Below are positions 26,269 through 39,610 of a stretch of 64,000 nucleotides of DNA, one piece after another. The stretch lies in contig OX597821.1 of NCBI GenBank assembly GCA_951406725.2, positions 96,224,001-96,288,000 on the forward strand, in the 5' to 3' direction. The notes under the pieces are model-generated. The model saw only the letters and a list, made by a program, of their open reading frames with translations. It made no database searches and was not told the origin of the DNA. The first letter of the stretch is position 1. Every line of letters starts with the position of its first letter. The translations under genes were made by a program, and so were the position numbers. This DNA is from Octopus vulgaris. Taxonomy: Eukaryota.

Positions 26269-26720
26269 GGAGACGCAATGGCCCAGTGGTTAGGGCAGCG
26301 GACTCACGGTCGTAGGATAGCGGTTTCGATTCCCATTGTGAGTGTTTATTGAGCGAAAACGAGGCTCCGGCAGGGTTGGTGGCAAACCCCGCTGTACTCT
26401 TTCACCACAACTTTCTCTCACTCTTTCTTCCTGTTTCTGTTGTACCTGTGTTTCAAAGGGCCAGCCTTGTCACACTCTGTGTCATGCTGAATCTCCCGGA
26501 GAACTACGTTAAGGGTGAACGCGTCTGTAGAGTGCTCAGCCACTTGCACATTAATAAATGAGCTGCGACGTCACTGCTGCCCAGCGGTATCGGCTTTTGC
26601 CTTTCCCTTGGATAACATCGGTGACGTGGAGAGGGGAGGCTGGTATGCGTGGGCGACTTGTGCCTCGAAGGGTAACCTTTTTGGTATAATCCCATGGTCA
26701 TTCATGACCGAGCGGGGTCA
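26269..26720 (+). mobile_element. SINE family B, with tail type 2 switching to a different 3' end
   Basis: Head as 37498; after ~26555 it diverges to ...GAAGGGTAACC..AATCCCATGGTCATTCATGACCGA. Confidence 0.8.
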
Positions 26721-26844
26721 CAGTATATATATATGTACTCTTTCACAGTATGTGGCAAAGTAATTTATTTTACTAAGCCCTAATTATATAATGTTATATA
26801 TATATATACATAAACAATATTATAATAGTAATAAAATAAAATAA

Positions 26845-27088
26845 ACGGGCCCCTTTAAAGCCTAGCCAGGCCTATGGGCCCAGTTTCCCGGTTTCAATGG
26901 CGAATGTGTTCCCCATCTGGACGGGAAGCCAGTCCATCGCAGCGTTACTCATTTTAGTCAGCTGAGTGAACTGGAGCAACGTAAAATGAAGTGTTTTTCT
27001 CAAGAACACAACTCGTCGCCCGGTCCAGGAATCGAAACCACACTCTTACGATCATGATGCTGATACCCTAACAACTAAGCCACATGCC

Positions 27089-27092
<4 letters not shown>
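26845..27092 (-). mobile_element. tRNA-SINE with the CTGCGATGGACTGG..CCAG body
   Basis: Reverse-strand B-box GGTTTCGATTCC; body shared with 39400-39510 and 28048-28130. Confidence 0.7.
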
Positions 27093-27166
<74 letters not shown>

Positions 27167-27228
27167 CGTGTGTGTGTATCTATATCTATCTATCTATCTA
27201 TCTATCTATATATATATATATATATATA

Positions 27229-27330
27229 GTTAATCCAAACACGAAAACACAGAGGGAAAACACAACAACGCGAGGACGTGGAACAAGTATAGTATTATTG
27301 GACGCTCAGGAAAGAAGGAAAGAAGGAGGG
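27229..27330 (-). mobile_element. 3' half of the 44361 hammerhead element family
   Basis: Near-identical to the reverse complement of 44482-44583; 3' end abuts (TA)n. Confidence 0.85.
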
Positions 27331-28047
27331 TAAATTTTCTGTAAATAGCCTACGAAAGTTTACGTTGCACGAGACGAGGTTGGGTCAATCTTTTAAATAA
27401 TGAATCTGGATATGTATGCATGTATGTCATTGTTCAGTTTCATTTCAAGATTCTTGTCAATAAAGAAAGGGCCGGTTTCTAATGTAGATCCAATGTTCCT
27501 TCATTGCAATTTGAACATCAACAACAGGGTATTTTTGTATGTATGTATGTATGTATGTATGTATGTATGTATGTATGTATGTATGTATGTATGTGCGTGT
27601 GCATGTGTCTATGTATGTGTGTGGGTGTGAGCCTTTGTGTGTGTGCTGTTCTTTTTTGTATTTGATTCATAAGAGCCTTAATGCGAAACCGTTGTTGTTC
27701 CTTTAATTTTTCATAAATCAATCGCTTAATAAAAGCAAACAGCACTCAATGAGTGCATTTTTATTGAAAATATGACAGTATGACACTCACAAAGGACAAC
27801 ATTATACAAGTAGCAAAATATATCTATTTTATCCGAAACCTAAGATTCTCTTTGTTATCCAAAGCTTTTATCCTTCGAGCAGTTAGAAAAAAAAACACAG
27901 CTGTTTGACACCTGTCTGACGATGAGCACCGTGTGCTGGGGAACTCTGAGCTCCAATCGAACAAGTCGACAGCCTCGAAGTACACAGGCAGACAGACACA
28001 CACACGCATGTAAGTATGTATGTATTTTTTCTTTTTGTTCCTTCTCG

Positions 28048-28320
28048 AGCCATGCCTGGCTCATAAGGGCCGGTTTCCCGGTTTCTTTGGCGTATAGGTT
28101 CCGCACCTGGACGGGACGCCGGTCCGTCGCAGGTGAGCTGCAAGATGCAGGAGGAAAGAGTGAGAGAAAGTTGTGGCGAAAGAGTCAGCAGAAGTTCGCC
28201 ATTACCTTCTGCTGGAGCCTCGTGGAGCTTAAGTGTTTCGCTCATAAACACACACATCGCCTGGTCTGAGATTCGAACCCCCGATCCCTCGACCGCGAGT
28301 TCGCTACTCTAACCACTAGG
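28048..28320 (-). mobile_element. SINE family B-related copy, tail type 3
   Basis: Reverse-strand tRNA head (GGGTTCGAATCTC), GAGCGAAACACTTAAGCTCCACGAGGCTCC, tail GAAACCGGGAAACCGGCCC. Confidence 0.8.
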
Positions 28321-28360
28321 CTCCACAAGTATGTATGTATGTATGTAAGTATGCGAGTAC

Positions 28361-28500
<140 letters not shown>

Positions 28501-28684
28501 AACAAATGATGAAAACGGAGAATGGACTGTTTACCGCATTTGTTATATACTCAACCAATAATCATTGTAGAAATCCTGAGGTAGATCCAGTTACACCTAT
28601 GGCAAAACTGTGAATAACATCAGGTAGCCATAGACAGTGAAACTGCTTTAATCAGCATATTACTAGGTATATGCACAAACTTTG

Positions 28685-28740
<56 letters not shown>

Positions 28741-28796
28741 TTTATATGGTCGCCTATCGTGAAATATAAAATGAAGTTTTTTCAGTTTACCGTACT

Positions 28797-28845
<49 letters not shown>

Positions 28846-28847
<2 letters not shown>

Positions 28848-29269
28848 CAATAGGTGAATGAATTATCCTATGTTTATCGTCAGCATGGAAAATTCGTTGA
28901 ACCGATACCAGGGTAGCAAATTCGCGTCAGAAACACGGTTGAAGCGACCTGTCCAAGGGTAGAAACTCCGGGTTCATTTGCAGAAATTTGTGTGTTATAT
29001 GTGAATAACTGAAAGAATGGAGTCGAACGAAGATGTTAACAAAATTCCTTTACTCTCGACATATGTTTCGAAGACCACATGGTTTCATTCCAAAGGAATA
29101 AAGGGTGTATGATGTAATCTTCTCATCAGGAAAGAAAGGGAGCCTCTCTCGGCAACAAGACAAACAAAAATTTCGATGACTGCCTACGTAGTAAGCTTAT
29201 TGTCGTTTTGATTACCATGTAGGCAGTCATCGAAATTTTGTTAACATCTTCGTTCGACTCCATTCTTTC

Positions 29270-29272
<3 letters not shown>
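28846..29272 (-). mobile_element. TA-flanked non-coding element with a canonical hammerhead and fold-back end
   Basis: (TA)n on both sides; IR 29010-29046/29234-29270 and nested IR 29167-29194/29212-29239. Confidence 0.75.
29047..29139 (-). ncRNA. Type-I hammerhead ribozyme (canonical core)
   Basis: CCUUUCUUUC CUGAUGA GAAGAUUACAU...AUGUGGUCUUC GAAAC AUAU GUC GAGAG U AAAGG: 10-bp stem I with a bulge, 11-bp stem II, palindromic stem III ACAUAUGU, GUC triplet. Confidence 0.82.
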
Positions 29273-29324
<52 letters not shown>

Positions 29325-29326
29325 GG

Positions 29327-29372
<46 letters not shown>

Positions 29373-29380
29373 GTATGTAA

Positions 29381-29677
29381 ATATAAGATCCAGGAATCAA
29401 GGTGTAGGAAGAAAGTTAGCTTCAAGCAACTCCTAGTAAATATAAAAAAACAACTTTCAGAGACAATAGTGGTTTATTTTTATATTTCCCGGTAGGCGAC
29501 CAAGGTGTGCGAAAAAAAGAATACAGGAGTTATGAGTGGTAAATATCCAAGCGAGGTGTATACCGCAGGCTACTCTTCAGGCCAAGGATATCGCGATTAA
29601 ATGAAAGCTTCATTTTATATCCTTGGCCTGAAGAGTAGACTGCGGTATACACCTGGCTTCGATATTTACGACGTCTT
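29381..29677 (-). mobile_element. TA-flanked element with a 53-bp fold-back
   Basis: IR 29539-29591/29617-29669 (3 mismatches) containing CTGAAGA; related fragment at 28747-28772. Confidence 0.65.
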
Positions 29678-29684
29678 ATATATA

Positions 29685-29720
<36 letters not shown>

Positions 29721-30146
29721 TGTATGTATGTATGTATGCATGTATGTATGTATGTATGTATGTATGTATGTATGTATACACATAAACACGCACACGTACA
29801 TATATATATACATACATACATATCTATATGTGTGAATGTATGTGTGTGTTTGTGTACGTATGTATGTCGATGTGAAAATGTGAGTATTTTTATAGTTGTA
29901 GACAGTTGTAAAAATATGCGGAAGCATTGTAGCTTTATAGATCAGGTCTGGTCATTCACTTAAGCTTATTCACATATTTATTTTTAATTACAGTTTTATA
30001 ATTATTCATCTGACTGATTTTTATATCTACAACCTTGAAAAAATTCTGTTCCTCTTTCTACATAAATACTTATCCTTAAAACTACCTCCCCTTCTGCTTC
30101 ACCCCAGTGAACAATAATTATGATTATGAACATCTGGATAACACAA

Positions 30147-30180
30147 TTTCTTTCTCTCTTTCTTTCTTTCTTTCATTCAT

Positions 30181-30240
<60 letters not shown>

Positions 30241-30430
30241 TCCTTCCTTTCCTTCTTTCTTTCTTTCTTTCTTTCTTTATATATTTATTGATTTATTCTT
30301 CTTCATTGCACGGCGATGATGATAAAGACGATGGCGACGATGAAGAAGGAGACAATGATATGATCATGGTGATGGTGATGATGATCATGACGATGGCGAT
30401 GATGATGATTATGATGGTGATGATTATGAA
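30147..30430. repeat. (TTTC)n and (GAT)n microsatellites
   Basis: Direct reading. Confidence 0.9.
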
Positions 30431-30498
30431 AACAATAATCAATTTAAGAACTATTCTTCAACTCTAGTTCTCTACAGGATGCGAGTGGTATTTTAGGA

Positions 30499-31900
30499 CA
30501 CTGGGCTACCCATACAAATCAGAATTGCTGTAGAACATCAGGATTTTGAGTTATGCGCACAATTATATATCAATACTATATTAGAATGAGGAAAAGTAAA
30601 TAATTATCAAAATAATTATCATAATAGTAAGTAATTATTATAATAGTATATTAACACTGCATATAGTAAATTTATATTCAAGGCAAATAGTATTATAATT
30701 TAATGGTACATCGTATATTTATCTTAATGGAATACTCACTTTATTTTTGATATGCTCAGCTCAGAAATGTTTGAGACAATTACTCTTGCGCTTCTGCATC
30801 ATACTGGTCTCCCGTTGTAGGAACCAGCAGTTGTGACCCATCATGTGTGGATTGAACCGGTCTTGATACCTCGTTTCCATCTCAGATATGTCCTGGTGGA
30901 ACCTCTCATCATGCTCATCACAAAGGGTGCCAAGATTCGTTGGAAAAAAAATCGAGATAAGAACGCAAGAAGTGGGATGCATTCGGCATCCCATTCTTTC
31001 ATACGCTGTTATCATGTTGTTTATTAAATCAGCATAGCATTCAGCTTTATGACTTCCAAGAAAGTTCTTTACAACTAAGACGAATTTTACTTTTAGGTAC
31101 TAGAAGCCACAACCATCGTGTGTCATTGCTTTTACGAAGTTTTTCATGAGGCCGAGTTTGATATGAATGGGTGGAAGGAAGATCTTTTAGAAGTCTACCA
31201 GTGGCACATGCTGCACATTGTACTGACCAACTATGTGCTCATCTCTTTTAGGCCAGTCTTTTACAGTATAATGTCGTCGCGGTTGTTCCAAAGACACAAG
31301 AAACTCATACTTTTGGTATATCCCAGCTGCATTCCTAGGAGGAGGGAAATCACCTGCCAATCACCACAAATATTCCACTTGTGAACTGAGTAATTAACTC
31401 CTTTCAGAAAGAGATCCATCGATTCATAAGTTTCTACCATACCGACAACATGACCCACAGGAAAGGAAGTTTTTCATTACCATTATGTGTCAACACAGCT
31501 TTGAGCCTAACCTTACTCGAGTCTATAAACAATCGCCATTCGTTAGCCACATGCACGTGCCCTAGTTTTTGCAGAGTGCATTAACGTCAGTACAGAAACA
31601 ACCATTATTAAGCCTTTATGGTGAGAACGGAAAATGGAAATTTCGTACCTTGCTGTTGGAGATTCCGTTGTTGTAGTTTGGATCCCAAAACTCCTGCCCT
31701 CTCCTTTGATAATGCTAGGTCTCTTACTAAATTATTAAAATCTTCTTGATCAAATTAGGTTGGCTCACTTTTCTTAGAATCACCTGCGTACTCTTCGTCG
31801 ACGTGTCAAGATCTTCTAGTGAAACATGTGAGTGGGGAACTAGGACAGGGTGCCCGAAGTCATGTGGGAGCGGTTTTAGAGCCGACTTTAGTCCTTATTA
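30499..31900 (-). pseudogene. Decayed DNA-transposon transposase, probably Chapaev3/CMC-like
   Basis: Fragments KWNICGDWQVISLLLGMQLGYTKSMSFLCLWNNRD and NLGTLCDEHDERFHQDISEMETRYQ..HNCW match the ICGDLK..GYTK.CFLCLWDSR and SDEHGERFHQDI motifs; possible terminus CACTGGG at 30499; superfamily call is from memory of the motifs. Confidence 0.7.
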
Positions 31901-32029
31901 TAAGGACTAGACAACGTAATTCATCCAACGAATTCAAAACATTATCGTTGATGATCCTTTAAAATTAATGAGGACTGTCACCAAAGAACTCTATGTATCG
32001 GAATGGGTTTTTAGAACTGTGGTGCTCGA

Positions 32030-32700
32030 GAACATTCGATACAAGTTGTATGTACTAAAGAGAAGCCAACTCATGCCCGCAAAGACGTAGGAAAAACGTT
32101 TGATCCTTGCAAAGTGGTTACTCAACAAAGTTTAAAACCCTCTTGAACATGGTATGCTCTGGTTATTCTTTGATAAGACAAACTCCGACCAAAACCAAAA
32201 GTCTAACAGAAGAAATGATAGTGGCTTGTGTGTATGTTCTTCTGCTCTCCCTAGAGTATTTGATATTAAGTCTCCAGCAGTTGTGAGACGTTTTAGGAGT
32301 GGTGAGTTACGAAGGTCATGTCATGCCACCTTATACTTTTTTACAGGGTCTTATAATAAATGCTGCTGGATATGTTGAGAAGCTGGAGAAGGTTGTAAGC
32401 CCTGGATCAATGAAATGCACAGTGGAAAACCATACGTGCTTCGACAAGACTCCCCATCTTCTCACAAAGCCCATTTAACTCATCAGTGGATGTCAGATAA
32501 TCTTTACAATAATGTACCACTAGCCTTGTAGCTTCCAAACTCGCAAAATTTAAATCCCATCGACTACAATGTTTGGAGCGTTATTGAAAAACACTAATTG
32601 ACAACCTCATAATACCATTAAGTCATCGAAAGCCGCCACTGTCTACCTGATGTCTGAAAGGAATAAGGACTAGTTATAATTGTCCTTATAATATGAACCA
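32030..32700 (+). pseudogene. Decayed Tc1/mariner (DD37D/maT-like) transposase
   Basis: Fragments FFDKTNSDQNQKSNRRND, GVVSYEGHVMPPYTF, KPYVLRQDSPSSHKA, PNSQNLNPIDYNVW (cf. SDEK, QQDSAPSH, WPPNSPDLNPLDY). Confidence 0.78.
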
Positions 32701-32709
32701 TTCAAAAAG

Positions 32710-32944
32710 GGCGGCGAACTGGCAGAAACGTTAGCACGCCGGGCGCGAAATGCGTAGCCGTATTTTGTCTGCCGTTAAGTGTTCTGGGTTCAAATTCCGC
32801 CGAGGTCGACTTTGCCTTTCATCCTTTCGGGGTCGATAAATTAAGTACCAGTTACGCACTGGGGTCGATGTAATCGACTTAATCTCTTTGTCTGTCCTTT
32901 TTTGTCCCCTCTATGTTTAGCCCCTTGTGGGTAGTAAAGAAATA
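32710..32944 (+). mobile_element. SINE family A (older copy adjacent at 32976-33182)
   Basis: Match to 1280-1508. Confidence 0.9.
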
Positions 32945-33910
32945 TATAATAGGAACCATTCATAGTTGTCAAGCAGTGAGCTGACGGAATCGTTACAGCT
33001 CCGTGACAAATGCTTAGCGGCATTTCTTCCGATTTTACGTTCCGAGCTCATGTGCCGTCGGGGTCGACTTTATCTTTCACCTCTTCGGGGTCGAAAAATC
33101 AATACCAGCTGAACCCTGGGGTCGGTGTAATCGATTTACTCCCTCCCCAGCAATTACTGGCCTTGTGCCAAAATTTGAAAGTAATATTAAACATATTAGT
33201 ATATATGTGAGGGTGTACTCCTCTACCAAGAAATACACACACTCATACACACACACGCCCGCATATTAAATATATTTATATTTTCTATGTAGAATAATTT
33301 AAATATAGGAGTAATGAACTGACAGATCGAGAAAGCATTAACTAACGTTTAGTGCTTCTTAATGTTTTTTCCTGTTTTGCTGTCTTTCACCATTTCGTTT
33401 ACGCCTTCTTCTCTCAAAACGAATGGAACAATGGTAATCTTGTACACAGTACAGTTTATGGATAACCTCCACAACTTTGTATATTAATTTGACATTAGTA
33501 TTCTCAAAATCATTAATAAAATGAAATCAAGCCAAAAAACAAAACAACAACAACAACAACAACAACAGCCAAAATTCCGTCATTAGTTTTGAAATTTACT
33601 CCCAGAGACACCAAGAATATTTCTTAGGTTAAGATTTGTGGCATTAGAGATAGCTGATCATACAGCAAAACGCGCGCGCACACACACACACACAGAAGCA
33701 TACAAGCTCATGCGTAAACATAAAGGTTCGCGTACACGCACACAACAGAAATATCAGACACATACACAATCACATACGTGTACACAGATACAAACAGCCA
33801 CATACGGAATAATACACGTTAGCAAAGAATGGAACCCTTACAAGGACAAGGCCGATGGACCTGCTTGGAAAGCAGCTTGTGTAGTCCTAAATACTTCTAA
33901 AAGGGTGGAT

Positions 33911-34322
33911 ACTTTCTTTTACTCTTTTACTTGTTTCAGTCATTTGACTGTAGCCATGCTGGAGCACCGCCTTTAATCGAGCAACTCGACCCCGGGACTT
34001 ATTCTTTTGTAAGCCCAGTACTTATTCTATCGGTCTCTTTTGCCGAGCCGCTAAGTTACGGGGACGTAAACACACCAGTATCGGTTGTCAAGTAATGCTA
34101 GGGGGACAAACACAGACACCCTCCCCCCCACACACACGTATATATATACATATATACGACGGGCTTCTTTCAGATTCCGTCTACCAAATCCACTCACAAG
34201 GCTTTGGTCGGCTCGAGGCTATAGTAGAAGACACTTACCCAAGGTGCCACGCAGTGGGATTGAACCCGGAACCATGTGGTTGGTAAACAAGCTACTTATC
34301 ACACAGCCTCTCCTGCGCCTAT
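33911..34322 (-). mobile_element. SINE family C, full length
   Basis: Reverse complement of the 52948-53590 consensus; B-box GGGTTCAATCCC. Confidence 0.88.
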
Positions 34323-34865
34323 GGTCACGATTGGTATTCTTTTGTTCATTGATCTGACCGTGTTGTATTGACATGGGGCTGAATAACGACAAGAATAGTA
34401 ACAGCAAACTTGTAGGACCCCCACACACACGCTCTCCTTCTCTCCCTCACTCTCTACGAGAAGTACACATACACACTCCAAAAAGTACACACACACACAC
34501 ACAGATAGGCACCCACTCACGCACCTATACACACGTACATACGCATGCACTAGAGCTTAATGAAAGAGGAACACAAAATCATAGACTGTGGGGTATGCAC
34601 GTGTATACGCACACACACACACACACTTACTCTCCCTCTCTCTCCCTCTCTCTCCCCCTCTCTCTCTCTCAGTCGCTCTCCAAGAAGTACACATTCAGAC
34701 TCCAAAAAGCACACACACATACACACACACACTGATAGACACTCACTCAAACACCTATACACACACGTACACTTACTCTAGAGCATAATCATACAGGAAC
34801 ACAAAATCAGAGACTGTGAGTCGCGTACATGTGCACACACACACACATACACACACACACACACA

Positions 34866-34899
<34 letters not shown>

Positions 34900-36886
34900 G
34901 TTTTCCCCTGACGCTCTCTCTCCCTTTTCTCTCTCTTGTTATCAGACACACACACATACATACAACGCTGCCATGCAGACAATTACGGACACGCACTCAC
35001 ACGCACGCATATGCCCACACAACCACACACACACACACATACACAAACACACACACTCTCTCTCTCTCACACACACATAAAAAACACGAATCTCTGTGCT
35101 CACATCCAGAGAGGGAGGGGGTAGATGTGTATCTGAAAGAGAGAGACGATAATATGTGTTTATGTGTGTGTGTGTGAGAGAGAGAGATTTGGAAAGACAG
35201 ACAAAAAAGTGAGACTATGTTAAATATCTATTATGTTACTGCCAAGATGGTTTATATTTCGCAGTGCGAAAATTATGCAATCTGTGAGTGGACACAGTTT
35301 TCTCGCCCAGCAGAGTCTCGTTTGAAGCACAGACAAACATGAAGTCTTAATAAATATCGAACGGCAGAACTTGATAGTGAAAATCTTATTTGGAAATACT
35401 CCATATGTATGCGTAGTCGTGTATATTTGTGAGTGTGCGTGTGCGTGTGTGTGTGTGTGTGTGCGTGTGTATGTTCGCATGCTTGTGACGGTGTGTTTGT
35501 GTTTTATTGGTCCAAGAGTGTATGTGTATTCTTTGATTTGTATTTGTGGGTGTGAAGTGGGAGTGAGATAAAGAAAGGCATAGGTTTTTTATCATTAACA
35601 TATTGGTGCAGGATTTCTTTATATATACATATATAAATATTGTGTGTGTATGTGTATGTGTGTATGGGTGCAGCCGTGGCTACGTGTTTTAGAAGCTCGG
35701 TCTTCCACTACGAGGTTTAGGGTTCAGTCCCAGTATACAGCACCCTGGGTAGGCGTATTCTACAACAAATCCACGCTAATACTATGAAAGTGAATTTGGA
35801 AGTAGGAAACTGTTTGGAAGCCTGTCGTATATATATATATATGTATGTGTGTGTGCGTGTGTGTGTGTGTGTGTATGTATATATATATATATATGTGTGT
35901 GTGTGTATGTGTATATATATATATATATATATGTATCGTTCTGCACGTGATGTTCCAGTAAGCTCTAAAGCGGTTCTAGCTCTAACTGCGGTATTAGGAG
36001 AGCAGCAACTGCCGCTGCAAGGCTCGGCTGCATGGAGAACGAATGAGTACCGTCGGCTCAAAGGTACGTCTTCATATTGCAACAACGCCATCTCAGTTGG
36101 CCAGAAAAGTTCTGGGCGGAAGAAGTCGAGCGCCCGGTGGCAGCAGCAAGTATGTAACAACGTCAACCAATTATTCAACATGCTCCGCGGAGCCCGTGCT
36201 GGTCACCAGTTCAAGACAACCCTGGTGAAGGACACATTTTTTCTGAAGCAGAAGATTATTCCGTCGCAAGTTTACCCATTTACAGCTGAGTGGACTGGAA
36301 TCAGGTAAAATGAAGTGTTTGGTTCAAGAACCCAACGCACCACCCAGTCTGGGAACCGAATCTACGATCTATCAATCGTATATGCGGCTGTGTCTGCAGT
36401 GATGGATAGGCTGAGATCGATTGGGACACTTGCCCAAGGTGCCACGCAGTAGGACTGAACCCAGAACCATGTGGTTGGTAAGCAAGCTACTTACCACACA
36501 GCCACTCCTAGTAGAAGATACTTGCTCAAGACACCGTGCCGTGGGATTGAACCCGAAACCAAATGGTTGCAAAGCATCAGAGACATGCCTGCACCTATTT
36601 CGACGTTTTATACTATGAATAATGTAAGCGTTATAGATACTCCTTTCAAATATAAGTCTCGTAGTAAAGACCTGTTGTTGCATGGTAAATATTTTTGTTG
36701 CCCCAATCTGTATAAAATTGTACATTGATTTAGTTCTTACAAGATGAAAACACCTGCGAAATATTGGCCATGTAAGACCATCTCTTTATAGTTGATCATT
36801 GTAGTGTAATCAATATGTTCTTTCCACTGCCTCCAGTTTCGATTATAGTTGTCCGAAGACTAATCAAAAAGAGGAAAAAATATGCA

Positions 36887-36967
36887 GACAAGTAAAATTC
36901 TTTTATTGACAAGTAAAACTCTTTTATTGACAAGCAAAGCTATTTTATTGACAAGTAAAACTCTTTT
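36887..36967. repeat. 4 x ~21-bp tandem repeat GACAAGTAAAACTCTTTTATT
   Basis: Direct reading; three units give AATAAA on the minus strand. Confidence 0.85.
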
Positions 36968-37497
36968 CTAAATAAACATTTGGTTACAAAATGTTTCAAA
37001 GTTGGGTCACTAGAAGTCATGTATACAATAAAAACTACTGAACCACGAGCTTTCTAAATCATTTTTGCATTCATGGCTATTTAGAATCAGAATATCCATC
37101 CTCTCTTGTTAATCGTCCAAGATGGTTGAGATCTCTCAATTACAAGGCCTTCAGATTTTCTTCTTCTTTCTTTGAAAACTAGAAACAAAACTAATGTTAA
37201 TATTTCAGACCTAACTACAAGTATATTCAGCTAATGAACGACCAATATGACTTACTGGTCCAGGCAAGCCACCTGACTTGATGATAATGACCCTTGTTAT
37301 TGGCGATGGAACGATTAACAAGCCTAACCGGCAGGATTTTCACTCAGAAGATAAAGCGACGTAAATCAATGACGCCATACATTTTGTCGTGGTCGCATCC
37401 GAATGTGACGATCTAGACTGAATGAATTATTCCTGCGGCAGCAACATTTTATTCTCAAATTTGATTAGTATTCAAACAGCTGTAATCGAAACTTTGT

Positions 37498-37874
37498 GGA
37501 GGCGCAATGGCCCAGTGGTTAGGGCAGCGGACTCGCGGTCATAGGATCGCGGTTTCGATTCCCAGACCGGGCGTTGTGAGTGTTTATTGAGCGAAAACAC
37601 CTAAAGCTCCACAAGGCTCCAGCAGGAGATGGTGGTGATCCCTGTTGTACTCTTTCACCACAACTTTCTCTTACTTCCTGTTTCTGTTGTACCTGTATTT
37701 CAAAGGGCCGGCCTTGTCACTCTCTGTATCACGCTGAATATCTCCGAGAACTACGTTAAGGGTACACGTGTCTGTGGAGTGCTCAGCCACTTACACGTTA
37801 ATTTCACGAGTAGGCTGTTCCGTTGATTCGGATCAACCGGAACCTTCGTCGTCGTAACCGACGGAGTGCTTCCA
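37498..37874 (+). mobile_element. SINE family B, tail type 2, with TSD
   Basis: Full head and tail; AATCGAAACTTT duplicated on both sides. Confidence 0.92.
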
Positions 37875-38544
37875 TCCAATCGAAACTTTAAGGTAAAAAC
37901 ATATTGACGACATCACAATGAACAACCATAAAGGCCTGGCCTTATATGGCCAATACTTTGCAGAAGTTTTGACGTTGTAAGAACTGGGTGTATGTACAAT
38001 TTTATACTGAATGGGACTGGAAAAATACTTGTTAATATATTTCCGTATACGCATATATGTTTGTTTATGTGTGTGTTTCAGAAAGTATGTAATATCTTCT
38101 ATCTTATATTTGTTTCAGTCGTTGCATCGATCCAAGTACTTATTTTCCTTAAAGTATTCGTTTTATCAGTTCCTCTTACCCGACCACTATGTTACACTGA
38201 CGTTAAAAAAAACATATAGCAGTTGTCAAGCGGTGGACGGAACAAACACAAAGATACGCACACACATATGTCTATGGCTTCCTTATACTCTCCGTTCCCA
38301 AATTCATTCACAAGAGATTGCACTCTTGTTTATATTACAAGCGGGGAGACAAATCCCCACCATTTCCAAGAGTCAATTTAAGAGCTTCTCTCATGGTAAC
38401 TACCGCAGTATAGTTTGTTCCAACAGAACATTCACTTTCAAGTCGGCATAAATATTACATCTCAGTATTAATAACGCTTCTGTCGCTAATACATAGATAC
38501 AAATATATACATATATGTGCGTGTGTGTATGCGTATATATATAG

Positions 38545-38698
38545 TAAGAGAAAGTTGGGGTGAAAGAGTACAACAGGGGTCACCACACACACTCCTGCCG
38601 GAGGCTCGTGGAGCTTTTAGGTGTTTTCGCTCAATAAACACACAGAGCGCCCGGTCTGGGAATCGAAACCGCGATCCGCCGACCGCGAGTCCGCTGCC

Positions 38699-38702
<4 letters not shown>
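38545..38702 (-). mobile_element. SINE family B partial copy
   Basis: Reverse complement of the family B head region. Confidence 0.8.
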
Positions 38703-38766
<64 letters not shown>

Positions 38767-38773
<7 letters not shown>

Positions 38774-39123
38774 AGGAGATGTGGAACACGAGTTGTGATA
38801 TATAAAAAAAGGAAATGAAGAAAATGCTGACAAAATAATTTAAGTAAGGGAGAGTGTATTTAATTAGGTGAAATTTTTTTTACCGGTTGCGCATTTGTTA
38901 TGCTTATCAAAAGATATTTTTTAAGAGAGATAGAGTTCCTTTCTGATAGATTTTTTCTCCCCTTCAGATAAGAGAAAAAAATCTATCAGAAAGGAACTCT
39001 ATCTCTCTTTAAAAATATCTTTTGATAAGCATAACAAATGCGCAACCGGTAAAAAGAACTTTCGCCTAATTAAATACACTCTCCCTTACTTAAATTATTT
39101 TGTCAGCATTTTCTTCATTTCCT

Positions 39124-39125
<2 letters not shown>
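38767..39125. mobile_element. TA-flanked palindromic element (~151-bp arms)
   Basis: 38809-38959 vs 38972-39124 near-perfect IR with a 12-nt loop; (TA)n on both sides. Confidence 0.85.
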
Positions 39126-39185
<60 letters not shown>

Positions 39186-39237
39186 TGTTTGTACTCCACC
39201 TGCCTTCGTCTTTTGTTTATTTTCGCAAACCTTCCCG

Positions 39238-39272
<35 letters not shown>

Positions 39273-39275
<3 letters not shown>

Positions 39276-39510
39276 AGGTACAATGGCCCAGTGGTTAGGG
39301 CAGCTGACTCGCGATCGGAGGCTCCGGCAGGAGGTGGTGGCGACCCCTGTTGTACTCTTTCACCCCAATCTTTTCTCTCAATCTTTCTTCTTGTTTCTTG
39401 AGTAACGCTGCGATGGACTGGCGTCCTGTCCAGCTGGGGGGGACACATACGTCACAGAAACCGGGAAACCGGGCCCATGAGCCTGGCTAGGCTTGAAAAG
39501 GGCGCATGAA
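39273..39510 (+). mobile_element. SINE family B with internal deletion, tail type 3
   Basis: Head GGAGGTACAATGGCCCAGTGG, then CTGCGATGGACTGGCGTCCTGTCCAG..GAAACCGGGAAACCGGGCCC. Confidence 0.82.
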
Positions 39511-39525
39511 TAAAAATGATATATG

Positions 39526-39610
<85 letters not shown>

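Larger units (their letters stand above)
36701..38015. mobile_element. Old non-autonomous DNA transposon with ~120-bp TIRs
   Basis: 36701-36820 is a diverged reverse complement of 37895-38015 (CCC..GTATAAAATTGTACAT..AGTTCTTACAA..TATTGGCCAT). Confidence 0.72.

Noticed and set aside
29470-29640. Hammerhead in the 29381-29677 element
   Set aside because: CUGAAGA is present, but I could not close stems I and III.
34400-34830. Diverged ~224-bp direct duplication
   Set aside because: Real, but an ordinary duplication in CA/CT low-complexity DNA.
37498-37572. tRNA gene
   Set aside because: A tRNA-like head continuing into a multi-copy SINE body with TSDs.
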